Positions 48,585 to 60,284 are shown, counted from the whole stretch's first letter. The stretch is 62,804 nt of DNA, filler included, from Globobulimina sp. (GCA_003354225.1; 25 parts of 25 records of this genome joined end to end with filler, not necessarily neighbours in it); one strand, 5' to 3'. Numbers and translations are program-made. The notes: a model not told the origin generated them from the letters alone.

Positions 48585-50174
48585 ATGGATGAATCCTCGA
48601 CATCAAAGTGTCCGAATTGTTGTCTAAATCCATGGAAGGAACGCATGCTTCGTCTTGCCACCGACAGTAAATTCCACGATGTATCCTTTATTGTGGGTAG
48701 CAACCGCGTCAAAATTGGTTGTAATCGTAGTTTATTATCCATTCATTGCCCCGTATTTGAGGCAATGTTTTGTAATGGAATGTTAGAATCGTCATCAAAT
48801 TCAGTGGAAATCCCCGATATTAATCCCATTGTATTTGCCGCAATGTTGCAGTGGATGAGCACAAATACATTAAATATCTCAAGTATATGCCATCTAAATA
48901 ATTTAATCAAATTAGCCGATAAATATCAGATCATCGGCTTAATTGATAGTTGCTGTCTATTTTTAAAATATAATACGGTGACAATCCATGTCATCACCGA
49001 TTCGATTTTATGCACCTATCACGGCGTCGATTTGGGCCTTAAAAACCTCAAAGATATGAGCATCAAATTACGCATTTTATCCTATTCCACCATCGCCGAT
49101 GTCATAAATGCCATTTCCAAGCAATTGAATTGGAATAAAAAAGCCATCAAATTATGGCGCGTTTCAAACCGCAAAAATGCCACAATTCGGCCCAATCGAT
49201 ATCTATCTCCAAATACAGAGATAAAAATCAATAAAAACAATAAAAAAGAAAAAGACGATGTGGACGCTGATAACGATGCCGATGCCGATGCGGATGTGGA
49301 TGATTTGGGCGATATCGATATTGATGACCTTGACCATGATCATAATAATAATAACGAGTCAATGCATAATTTATTTAATTTAAATAATATGAAATGTAAT
49401 GTGTGTTATAAACAAATCAGAAACACGCAACAAAGCAAGAAAAAGAAGATCGATTGGAGTCAATATTCGGGCGAATGTCCAACAAAAGCGATCTATGCTC
49501 GATTATGTAAATCAAAATATAATGACAACAACGACAGCAATGAGAATAATGGCAGTAACACAGATTGTTGTTTATTGTCGCAATCTTTCGCGTTTTAACA
49601 AAACAACAACAATACATTTGAGATGGAGAGTGATGAGAAACTCCAAAATGAAGTCAATCACTCTAAAAATTATGAGAATAAAATCTTATTATTTTTGAAG
49701 TATTATGATGTGTATCATGAGTGTTTGTCGTTGATCTCTTCGATTTTGGTGGATAAGAATGGCAATATTTCATTGATTTTAAAAGCCATTCGAGAGATCG
49801 CGCATTGGTCGGATGAACGGGAGATTTTATTGTTTGAGGAAGAAGATTGTAATTCGAATAAAATAAATCCAATCAAAGTCAATCAAACCATCCATGAATC
49901 GAGTTTGGTGGATGGAGACATCATTGTATTCCAAGAGCGATCCAATATTTTTACAAATTTAAAATTAAATGATGTCACCTCGTTTTTTCAACAATATTCA
50001 TTCAATATGAATCATCAAAGGAATAGTCATCGATCGATGAACTCAAATAGGATTCGGAGAATATCTTCAAATGCGAATAGTAATAATAACAGCAATAATA
50101 ATAACAACAACAACAATAATAATAATAATATGAATCCGATTCCGCTCGATGTGGACGATCCGTATACTCTATAA
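48585..50174 (+). CDS. BTB/POZ protein fused to USP7-type UBL1-UBL2; in-frame TAA at 49596-49598
   Basis: FHDVSFIVG..LSIHCPVFEAMF..VEIPDI..LADKYQI; IKLWRVSNRKNATIRP (UBL1); ILLFLKYYD..LFEEE..LVDGDIIVFQ (UBL2). Confidence 0.78.
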
Positions 50175-51292
50175 ATAAAATAAACATTATTCTAAAAACG
50201 TGTCACTGTAATAAAATAATACATGTATTTNNNNNNNNNNNNNNNNNNNNNNNNNNNNNNNNNNNNNNNNNNNNTTAATTAATTAANNNNNNNNNNNNNN
50301 NNNNNNNNNNNNNNNNNNNNNNNNNNNNNNTTTATTCTCGATATTTGGTGATGTTCCTCGATTATTCACAGCTTGTAATGGCACAAAACCACTCATAATG
50401 AACGTATTAAAATATATGTTGAATAATAATACAACCGCAGAGATTAAGAGACGTATTGTTGTGGTTAATTATTATTTGACGCTGGTATTTATAGATAAAA
50501 TCAATGATAATTCATTATCGAATATAGATTATTTTGCAAATATGCATAATTCAAATAAATATGGCTTGGCCAATGTGAATTGGACAGATTTACAAAAAGC
50601 AGCTGGATATAATATGCATGTAACCAAAGCTCGATGGTTTCGAACAATTTTGTCGTTCTTTGTGGTGATTTATGATCTTTTTTTGTTGATATTCTTCTCA
50701 GATATTTATCTCAATTGATTGGATGTTATTGTTTGTTGAGATATATTGGTATTGCTATCATATATTAATTTCCTTTTGGATGAAACACATCCAATCGATG
50801 CATTTTTTGGAATAGGGATTAATTGTAAAATGTGAAAATATGCATATTGTGATGCATAATATTGCTGTTTTGTACAAGATTATGTTTGATTCATTCAATT
50901 CGAAAAGGTGACATTAATCGAAAATGTTTGCGATAATATTCATCCAGAGAATGAAAATGCATTTAAATTAAAATTATTAATTGGGCAATGTAATGAAATC
51001 TTGTAAATATTGTGCGAATGTATCAATTGTATCTATAAATGCTCATATTCTGACAAATTAATTTTAAGTTTTTGTGTTCTTTCTTATAATTAGTTTAATA
51101 ATATTCCCCGCAATGCCATTATGCCAATTACTTTCATATTGTATTATTAGTTTGTGTATAATTATTGTAACGTTGTTGTTATTTTTTTAACAGATTCTTT
51201 AAGTGCGAGGATTAATATTGACTATTATCTTGAAAAAAGCTAAACTCCGTCACAGTTAATGTCAAGAAAAAACCAAATAACAATCCTAAACG

Positions 51293-52613
51293 ATGTCTGA
51301 ATCACTCTCATACGAATTGGTATTTATGATTCCAAATCCCCACCATATACATCTATAAAAACGAAACAAATTAATAAAAACCCAACTTACATAATCCAGG
51401 AATTACAAAAACAAATTCAAAGATTGCAATATCAATTGGAAGAACTTAGAGATAAATACGATGTCTCTCAACAGAACACAAAATTCATCCAATTAGAAAA
51501 AAGGGAAATCAACACAGAAGTATGCCATTATGCCACATATAAATATATCCGTATTCGTTTTCTGTTAAGTTATACAGAAACAATTTGTTTCCCTAACAAC
51601 ACATAACAAAAAAGCTCGAACAAATTAAACAAGAAAACAACGATTTAACTGAACAAAACTTAGAACTACAAAGTATTACAAATACCATGGAAATAGAAAG
51701 AGAGCATCTTTTCCAGCCTCAATTGCAAGAATTACAGTCGACCCATATGGAACAATCCAAATTAAAAACCCAATTAGCTACAAAAACACACAATATTCGA
51801 CAATTAAACACAGAAAATATACAAATCAAACAAGAAAACGAAAAATATAAACACGCTCTGAAAAAATATGATATAGATTTACGTAAAAAAGACGAATCGT
51901 CGCAAAATATGGCACACGCATTCAGCGAACAATTAGATCTCTTGAAGCAAGAAAATGAGGAATTAAATAAAAAATTATTTGAATCGGAGCTTGATTTATA
52001 TTCTTTACACAAACAAACATTATCAGCGCTGCCCGACGATGAGAAAGTGTCCAATGACATGTACGATTCGTACTCATTATTGAATCAAATGCAAGATAAC
52101 ATTGAGATAAATATAAATATTGACGATGATGAAGAGGAAAACAGCAACGATAATCTCGCACAATGCGACCATATTAATCCATTGATATTAAGTGCAGAAA
52201 CACCAAAAAACAGATTGAATTCGCAGGTACATGGAAGGAAGACGTCCATTACGTTATCGTTCAATGATTTAGCGAGTGTCTTAGAGAGGAGAGACAGTGG
52301 ATATTTGTTGAAAACACGGTTGTTTTCGATGCAAAGTGGTACATTGTTTGACATCGATGAAATGGAAGATACTGTGGAGGATCATCGTGATCTCGATTAT
52401 GATGAGGGAGATGATACTAATTTGTGTGAGGAAATAAAAAAATTACAAATGGAGAATAAATTATTGGTTGAAACACATTCTGAAATAGAACAAGCGTTAC
52501 AAGCAAGATTGCAGAAAAAACAAAAGAAAATTGATGGTTTAAAAGAGAAAAATGAATCATTGAAAATGGTATTAAGCAAAAAAAATTGTAATTTGGTGCC
52601 TTGGTGCAGATAA
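51293..52613 (+). CDS. Multi-exon coiled-coil protein
   Basis: Exons bounded by GTATTT..CAG and GTATGC..CAG; long heptad-rich ORF 51687-52613. Confidence 0.55.
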
Positions 52614-52845
52614 TATATCGATTCACTATATTTTGTAAATTAATTTGCTTTTGGCTTCATAATCGCTTATGTTACTCGCAAGGGGTAATCGCTTTTATTT
52701 GTCAGAATATATTTTATTGAATTCGTATGTTTCTGCAGGAAACGANNNNNNNNNNNNNNNNNNNNNNNNNNNNNNNNNNNNNNNNNNNNTTAATTAATTA
52801 ANNNNNNNNNNNNNNNNNNNNNNNNNNNNNNNNNNNNNNNNNNNN

Positions 52846-53081
52846 ACACGCTCGATGGTCGGCAGGTCGAGGGTCTCGCCTTGCTCCTCCATCAGGTCCC
52901 AGGACGAGCAGTGGGAGCAGGCGGCGTTGCAGTCGTTCGAGACGGAGAACTCGACGCCCCGCAGCACCGGTTGCTTGAGCGCAACCAGCTTCACGTAGTT
53001 GGTCGCGATGCGCGGCAGGATGTACGGGTAGCGTGTCGCGAGACCCTTGTGCTTGAGGACGAGTCGCTTCCAGTTGTTCAT
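52846..53081 (-). CDS. Bacterial radical SAM protein, N-terminal fragment
   Basis: CNAACSHC (CxxxCxxC); GC-rich; GAGGT RBS-like site upstream. Confidence 0.85.
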
Positions 53082-53590
53082 GTCGGTTCGAGACCTCTGA
53101 GGACGTCCTCAGCTTTGTGCAGCGTAGCGCCGCTCGGTCGAAAGCGCATCGAGGGCGGGAACGGGGGCCGAGACCTCGTCCCGTGCAGGTTCCAGGAAAC
53201 AGCAACCGGCGCAAGATGGGAAGGCCCCGCGGCTTTGCAGCTCGCGTCGGAAGGTGCGGAAGGCGGGGCCGCAAATATAAATATTGTTACAATGCAATAA
53301 ATCAATGTTCCATACTACTGTAATTCTTTAGCTTCTTTTGTTGTTTTGTTCACCGCTCAAATTTTCTTGCAGTAACCACACAAAAATTATAACTCCAAGC
53401 TTGTCCATAAGAATGTGTGTGAATTTGTGATCTTTGCTTTAACAGCCTTAAAAATTGTGATTTTTTGTTTCTGATAATTTCAGATGAAGCAATTACATTT
53501 ATTTCAGATTTTCAGTGGTCTTACAATGGTTTTTCAAAGATGCACTGTACGTATTGATGAGTTCTACAACATTGTCGCAAGAAATACAAG

Positions 53591-54640
53591 TCATTTATCA
53601 AACATTTCTAACAATACGATGGAAAATAAAGCTTCCATAAATCTTCTTCTTTTTTGTTCATATCGAAATTCTATGCATTCATTAGTCATTTTATGTTGCA
53701 ATGAAATCACAAATCCATTATGAAATACAATGAATTTATATCTGTCCTGAAGTGCAATGGTTGCAATATGTGATTGTTTATCAAATCCATATCCAGCAAA
53801 TCGTTCATCATACAAACTAAGATACATATTATTTTTGATAATAATATATGGTTCATATTGAAATTCGTATTCTATTTCGTAATCATTGTTTGACTCAAAC
53901 CATTTTTCGAAATCTGTCGCGTTATGACCGACGTTAAAACGATCGGAGTGAAAAGCATTTATATTGTTATCATTTATTTGCTGATATAAATGGAGTTTAT
54001 TGTTTGGCATTGATTTCTCATTAAAGTTGTGATTATTTATATGTTTATATTCAAACGCTGGTATTACCAATGCAATATTGTTGCGATTATAATTATTATT
54101 ATTAATATTATTATGAATGTGATTAAATAATATATTATGCAAATTTATGGATGGTACAAAATCAACATCCAATAAGAATATATATTTTATTACATTGACT
54201 TTTAATTTAATATTTTTTAATGATACATTTCTTAAATAATTTATTGGATAATATTCATTTGTATTCTTTTGAAATATTATGTTTATATTTATATTGTTTT
54301 TATCATTAATATTCACAACATTCTTTATTGCTTTTTTATATATTTTTATTTCGTTAATTTTAATATAAATGGAACATTCAATAATTCCCGGATACCATAA
54401 CAAAGACATTATTTTTAAATTATTAATTCTATCTAAACTGCATTGTGTTATGATACATATTTTATTTTGTAATGCGATATTACACTTAATATAATTTCGT
54501 ATTGTTTTGAAATTATTAATTGCTTTATAATTATAAGCACCACTTTCAATTAACTCATTTTTCGATATTTTTGATAACCATTCTTGTACAGATAATGGTA
54601 TAGTTTTATTTTCTTGGTCATGCATTAATTGGTCATGCAT
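53591..54640 (-). CDS. Glycosyltransferase family 49 (LARGE/B4GAT1-like)
   Basis: YPINYLRN, LLDVDFVPS, ALVIPAFE, YEPY, YDERFAGYGFDK. Confidence 0.88.
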   Translation of the reverse strand: MHDQLMHDQENKTIPLSVQEWLSKISKNELIESGAYNYKAINNFKTIRNYIKCNIALQNKICIITQCSLDRINNLKIMSLLWYPGIIECSIYIKINEIKIYKKAIKNVVNINDKNNININIIFQKNTNEYYPINYLRNVSLKNIKLKVNVIKYIFLLDVDFVPSINLHNILFNHIHNNINNNNYNRNNIALVIPAFEYKHINNHNFNEKSMPNNKLHLYQQINDNNINAFHSDRFNVGHNATDFEKWFESNNDYEIEYEFQYEPYIIIKNNMYLSLYDERFAGYGFDKQSHIATIALQDRYKFIVFHNGFVISLQHKMTNECIEFRYEQKRRRFMEALFSIVLLEMFDK

Positions 54641-54799
54641 TAATTTGAGTCAGACTGAACTTCATAACGCATAATGGGAACCGTTTCCTGCTGTAAAACT
54701 AGTTTATTTAATCCTAATTGGTATTATTATTATAATACTGATACAAAGCAAGAGGAAAATAAAACTATACCATTATCTGTACAAGAATGGTTAGATGGA

Positions 54800-55260
54800 A
54801 TCCAAATTAAAGCATAGATTGAATGTAGTTTTTGAGAATTTGGGCTGAATCTCGCCTAAATCTATGGGGAATAACATAATGTTCCTGAGAATTATGCTGG
54901 ATCTATTGGGACGAAATTAGCGTAAACTTGAGATAGATTAATGCAATGCTGAATCTTTTCGACATGGGTTGAATGTACATTCAACCAGAATTACCAGATT
55001 CAACTACATTCATTCATTGAATGTCTATGAATCTTTTTACTGTGTTTGAATGTATTTGAATGTACATTCATGGTATTACTAAAAGATTAATTATCGCATA
55101 ATCGATCTCGAATCCACAAAAACCTCATGTCATTACATCCAGAACGATTCCTAACTGCATTGCGTTATTTCCCATAGATTTACGGAGATTCAACATAATT
55201 TTATGGAAGATTCATCCCAAATTCTCAGAATGTACATTTAATCTATGCTTTAATTTGGAT
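54800..55260. mobile_element. MITE-like element, ~460 bp, with 53-bp terminal inverted repeats
   Basis: 54800-54852 vs 55208-55260 match at 48/53; internal GAATGTACATTC palindromes. Confidence 0.75.
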
Positions 55261-55576
55261 NNNNNNNNNNNNNNNNNNNNNNNNNNNNNNNNNNNNNNNN
55301 NNNNTTAATTAATTAANNNNNNNNNNNNNNNNNNNNNNNNNNNNNNNNNNNNNNNNNNNNGAATCCCTAAACATGCTGTTTTTCACAACTGTGGACTATA
55401 ACAACAAAAAACTATCGGACTTTGTGCACGAACAAAATGTTTCATTTAAGCTGTTGAGTAATTAATACAAGACACAATCACTAGCATTCGCTTCGAACCA
55501 CATAAAAAAAGAAAGATGAAAAAAGTCAATCTATACACTATACAAACACAGCAATGCAATCATCAGCCATTTCTTT

Positions 55577-56782
55577 TTACGAATTTGTTTTAAATACAGA
55601 CCGTTGATATAACAACAAATATCCTCGCATTTGTTGTAACGCTCGATTTGAATTTATAGCCAAATTATTTTTACTTTCAACCAAATCACTTATTTCTTGT
55701 TTCATATTTTCAATTTGTTGATCTTTTTGATATAATTCATTCTGTAAATCCTCGATCTGTTGTCTCATTTCATTCAAATAAACCTAGAAAATGTGCAAAA
55801 TATACAAACGTATTCGTAAACATTTTGTATATATAATATAATTCAAGTGATTGTTTACGAATACATTTGATTTCAAGACATTTTCTCTAACTTTCTCTCT
55901 TTGCATTGCATCATCATCCATATAATCATCAGAATCGCTGCCATCATCACCAAATAAATCGGGTGGTTTAACCGACTCTTTTCGAACATGCTTTGCTTTC
56001 CTTTCCAACCGTTTCTGTTCAATCTCCGCCGCAGCATGTTTCTGCGCAAAAATCTTTTTCATCACATCCTTACTGATCGCCTTAACATCTTTCGTATCGA
56101 ATATAAGCCCCAACTCATTCTCCACCGCCCTGAACGTGGATATTTTCCGTTTATGCGCCGTCACCGCGTTTGCTACGATGGATTCAACACTGATTTCCTC
56201 GCCTTTTCCACTGCGCATATTTGGGTTCACCTCTTTCATCACTTCAGCTGCCAATTTCGTCGCTTCTTTCTGGTCTGGGAAATACTGCGAAATGTCTTGT
56301 TTAATGGCCTGGAATTGCGATACTTTGCGTTTGTGTTCTTTGCGTGCTTTGTCTACAATATTCTGGATGTTGACTTGTTGCACATTCTCGTTGTTTGGGT
56401 TCATTTCTTTCATGGTTTTCTTGGCGATGCGCACAGCTTCGTCTTCATCGAAAACGAGCCCTAATTCTTGTTTTAGCGACGCAAACTGAGACACTTTGCG
56501 CGAATGCGATTTCATTACACGGTCCACGGTGTCTTTTATGTTTCTGTCGTTCTCATTTGATTGGTTCGCTTGGTGCGAAAAGCCAATCAAGTTTGTTGCT
56601 ATCGTTTGCGCAGCATTTGGATCCATTATATTTTGGAAATCGTCCTGAATCGATGCTATTTGAGACTCTTTTCTGCTGTGCTGAGTCATTGCTTTTTCCA
56701 TGCTTTGGTCGAAGAAGTTGTCAGGAATTGGAACATCACCAAACTCATAGTTGGCTGGATCCGGCATAGCGATATCAACCAT
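55577..56782 (-). CDS. Repeat protein (HxRKxS units) with C-terminal coiled coil; intron 55784-55864
   Basis: HSRKESQI, HSRKVSQF, HKRKVSQF, HKRKISTF, HVRKESV at ~55-aa spacing. Confidence 0.7.
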
Positions 56783-56913
56783 GTTGCTTTAATTGTAATT
56801 ATTGGTGTGTTTTTGGTGGATTTAGAGACAGAAACAACGGATCGATTCACACTTGAACTGCTAGCTAGAGATTTTTGAGGTTTTTTTTTTAGTTAGACTG
56901 AGTTGATAATTTA

Positions 56914-57775
56914 ATGCATACCAAAATGTTTAAAAGCACACTACAACACAGTAAGCAGCTGATATTCCAGAAACACTTTATACGACACATCAATTGTAAT
57001 ACAATTCGATTTCAAAGACAAGTCACAAACACAGAAATTGAAAAATATAATTTTAACTCTGATCGTGATGTAATTCCATTATATCAGTATTTTCTGAAAT
57101 TTTCTTGTTTTAATATTCAACTTCCATCGATTGAATGCAATGAGAATAATAATAAAAAAGATTTCTTTCCATTACAAGATCTAAAATGTAATTGGCTGTA
57201 TACAGATAATTATAAATCTCTATTTGGCTCAACAAATAAAAATCAAACACAGACCAAAAAATTATCAATGTCAGAGTATGAATTTATGACTGCTCGGTTA
57301 TTAGTAAAATATTTACGGAATTTTCCTTTCATTTTCACCGAAACAGAAACGCAAAACGAATTTGTCGACATTGACTTATTTGACTCAGACCGTCACCGCG
57401 AGGATAAATATCGCAATGTTGATAAAATTGTGGATTTCGATGAAATTTATTATAAAATGTTTGAAGAGAAATGTGATTTGCAACACATCGATGCCAACAA
57501 CATCAATATTTCGGTGCCATTGTCAAAGGACGTCATCGAAGGATTAATTCGCAGATTCAAAGTGAATATAAATGGCCATTCGATTGATCGAAGCCGCTTT
57601 TTCCTAAAAGAAAACGACGAGATCATATTCGATATTCCTCGAAATGATTTGACTGAAAATTGCCAACGCCGATTACTGGAATATTTGTTCAAATTGTATG
57701 AGATTTACAATCGTAAAAACGAGACAATTGAACAGTTTTTGAATTCATCGCAGTTCAAAACCGTCATTAAGAAAA
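56914..57775 (+). CDS. Hypothetical protein with possible mitochondrial presequence, 3'-truncated
   Basis: N-terminus basic and lacking acidic residues; ORF runs to the contig edge. Confidence 0.5.
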
Positions 57776-58381
57776 NNNNNNNNNNNNNNNNNNNNNNNNN
57801 NNNNNNNNNNNNNNNNNNNTTAATTAATTAANNNNNNNNNNNNNNNNNNNNNNNNNNNNNNNNNNNNNNNNNNNNATATTGTGTGTTGTGTGCGAGACAA
57901 TTATGTTCGAAGCGATCATTATTGCAATATCTCTGTACTTTGTTATGTATGAATGTTAAGTGTTGATATGCATTCTATTTTAATCTGATAATCGAAATAA
58001 CTACCATCAAATAACGACATGTATATATACACATAATTTGTGATTTGTGATCTGGACGTTGACGTTGTTTGTCTGAGCTTGGATGTGGATGTGAGATGAC
58101 TGGAGATGAAAATTGTGAAATGGACTACAGTTTTTTTCAAGAAAATGACGTGATGGCACCAATTAATTGTAGCACATGCCATGCAAAGAATTATTAATAA
58201 TATGATAAATTACAAGCAGTTATTGTGCATATCGTAAAAGTACAGAATCTCCATTCCTTAATCCATAGATCAAATCCAAATCAACATCAAACGGTAAAAT
58301 AGCTTTTGTTCGAACACATTCAAATTCCAATTGCTGAAAACAAAAAATAAATTAAATTTTGAACATTTACACATGCACAAT

Positions 58382-59236
58382 TCACTCAACTTTTTTTGTA
58401 GGATTATGATTGTTATTTTGAATATTTTTTTTCTTGCATATTTCATCCAAAATAGAAGCAAATTTTTTATCTCCACCGAAAAACATTGCCATTTTTTCAA
58501 TTTCTTTGTTTTTCAACTCTTTGGCAAACTGAATCTCCATAAAAAATCTGGCATAATAATTAATTTTATAGTCACCAGTTGCTACACCTCTTAATCTTAA
58601 TTTTTGTTTATAAATATCATATTCCTCCTCATTATCGAACTTATCCCATTCTGTTTGAACCACATTGACATTCTTTGTCTTTTTCTTTTTATCTCCAATA
58701 TCAATATACGCAAAACATACATTATAAATATAGCATAGATCGATGGAAGCAAACTGTTTCTGCACCATATTGCTTCTAAAATATCCCATAATTACAATTA
58801 AACCATTCTTTTGAACTGCTAACCACGAATTTATTTGTTGTGCAATAGGTTTTGGATAGGTACAGCCCGCTGGATTCGTGTCGGCAAAAGCACCGCAACA
58901 AGAATATATTTCTGCCATTCTGCATATTCCTTTGGATGGACCAAACCCACCGCAACGACAATCATCGTCGTGATAAAATGTGCCGAGAGAATGGTATCTT
59001 TGCGTTATTATTTTTATTGGTGAAGGTTTCAACTTATTTGCACTTAATTTTGTCAACTTTTTCCCTTTTATTACAGCATCGATTGTGAATAATGAGACAT
59101 TGTTTAAAAATGCTACCAATTCCCTATCCCAATCGAGTTGATTCACTTGTTTTAATATTGCAGCTTTGTTTAAAGACATTTGTTTTGGAACTGAAGTGTT
59201 TTTAAAATAATTTACATAATGTCCGCCTCTGTTCAT
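58382..59236 (-). CDS. Hypothetical protein with a Cys/His (Btk/zinc-like) motif
   Basis: RYHSLGTF..CRC..C..YSCCGA..PAGC. Confidence 0.45.
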   Translation of the reverse strand: MNRGGHYVNYFKNTSVPKQMSLNKAAILKQVNQLDWDRELVAFLNNVSLFTIDAVIKGKKLTKLSANKLKPSPIKIITQRYHSLGTFYHDDDCRCGGFGPSKGICRMAEIYSCCGAFADTNPAGCTYPKPIAQQINSWLAVQKNGLIVIMGYFRSNMVQKQFASIDLCYIYNVCFAYIDIGDKKKKTKNVNVVQTEWDKFDNEEEYDIYKQKLRLRGVATGDYKINYYARFFMEIQFAKELKNKEIEKMAMFFGGDKKFASILDEICKKKNIQNNNHNPTKKVE

Positions 59237-59239
59237 TTG

Positions 59240-59506
59240 ATGAAGTTTAAGTGTGATATTATTGTATGGTGCAAAAAATTGCAGAAGAAAACAAGAGATT
59301 TATGGAAGGAATCAAAATATTTCCGTATAATATCCATTGCGACTGCAGCATTTTATGGTGGATTGTTAGCACGAAGTTTATACATTAAATCTCATCGCAA
59401 ATATTGCAATATGCCATCTGGACCCATAGGATATCCATTTTTTGGTGAGATGCGAGCATTGCTCTTTAATCCAATGCTTTGGAAAACCATCGCTCCCATA
59501 TTCTGA
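59240..59506 (+). pseudogene. Cytochrome P450 N-terminal fragment
   Basis: TM anchor then MPSGPIGYPFFG hinge; stops before the catalytic core. Confidence 0.5.
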
Positions 59507-59618
59507 CTTCGTACTTTCTGTTTCAAAATCATAATTCATGGTATTGAGAATCTCTTTCTAAACCCAACATGAACTTCGCATTCTTGTTCCTCTTGGGGAT
59601 AATATATATATATATTAA

Positions 59619-59803
59619 ATTAAAGAAATGGTGGACCTGTCATGGGATAATATATTTATTCTTTGATAATATAAATTATTTTTCAGAATATATATGTATC
59701 ATATTGTATCTTGACAGGTCCACCATTTCTTTAATATATTATCTCAAATAATATATATATATTATTCGATCCTATATGCATATCTTATCTGGAACACCAC
59801 TGT
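59619..59803. mobile_element. Remnant related to the 8062-8139 MITE, with a perfect 24-bp inverted repeat
   Basis: 59619-59642 vs 59712-59735 perfect IR; 59768-59803 matches the reverse complement of 8061-8096 at 31/36 and ends ACTG|TA. Confidence 0.65.
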
Positions 59804-60236
59804 AATATATATACAGATATATGTATTTACATGTCTGGAGAAAGCAGACGGGTCACCCGGTACATTAGCTGTAGACAGTTTTCTAGTTGAGTAACTTTTT
59901 TAATACAGAAGTTTCCACGGTAAACCAGACAAATATTTCTCCTGGGTATACCAGACAACATGAGTTCATTCAACAACTCTTGTAATTGTATTTTTATTTT
60001 TGTTGGGAAATGGAGATACAAAATGTCGGTGTAAACCGTACTACATGGGTTCAAACGCCAATGTAAAAGTTAAGGTAAACCAGACGTCCGGTGTACTGTG
60101 GAACGTTCTGTATATGATCCCGTGCCGAACTCCTACTTATGCTACATACTTTCTAACTGACCTAGACTTATGGGAAACATTTTCCAGATGACCAGTGGAG
60201 AGCTGTAGGCACATATTGATCATATATATATTACCT

Positions 60237-60284
60237 AAAAATGCAAAAATGCAAAAATGCAGAAATGCAGAAATGCAGAAATGC
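60237..60284. repeat. 8-bp tandem repeat A(A/G)AAATGC x6
   Basis: AAAAATGC x3 then AGAAATGC x3 near the contig end. Confidence 0.85.

Noticed and set aside
48531-48742. N-terminal extension of the TPR ORF overlapping the BTB gene
   Set aside because: It is the antisense shadow of BTB coding sequence and crosses a poly-T splice acceptor
60237-60284. Telomere at the end of contig 24
   Set aside because: Only six 8-bp units of two variants, no G-run, followed by non-repeat bases
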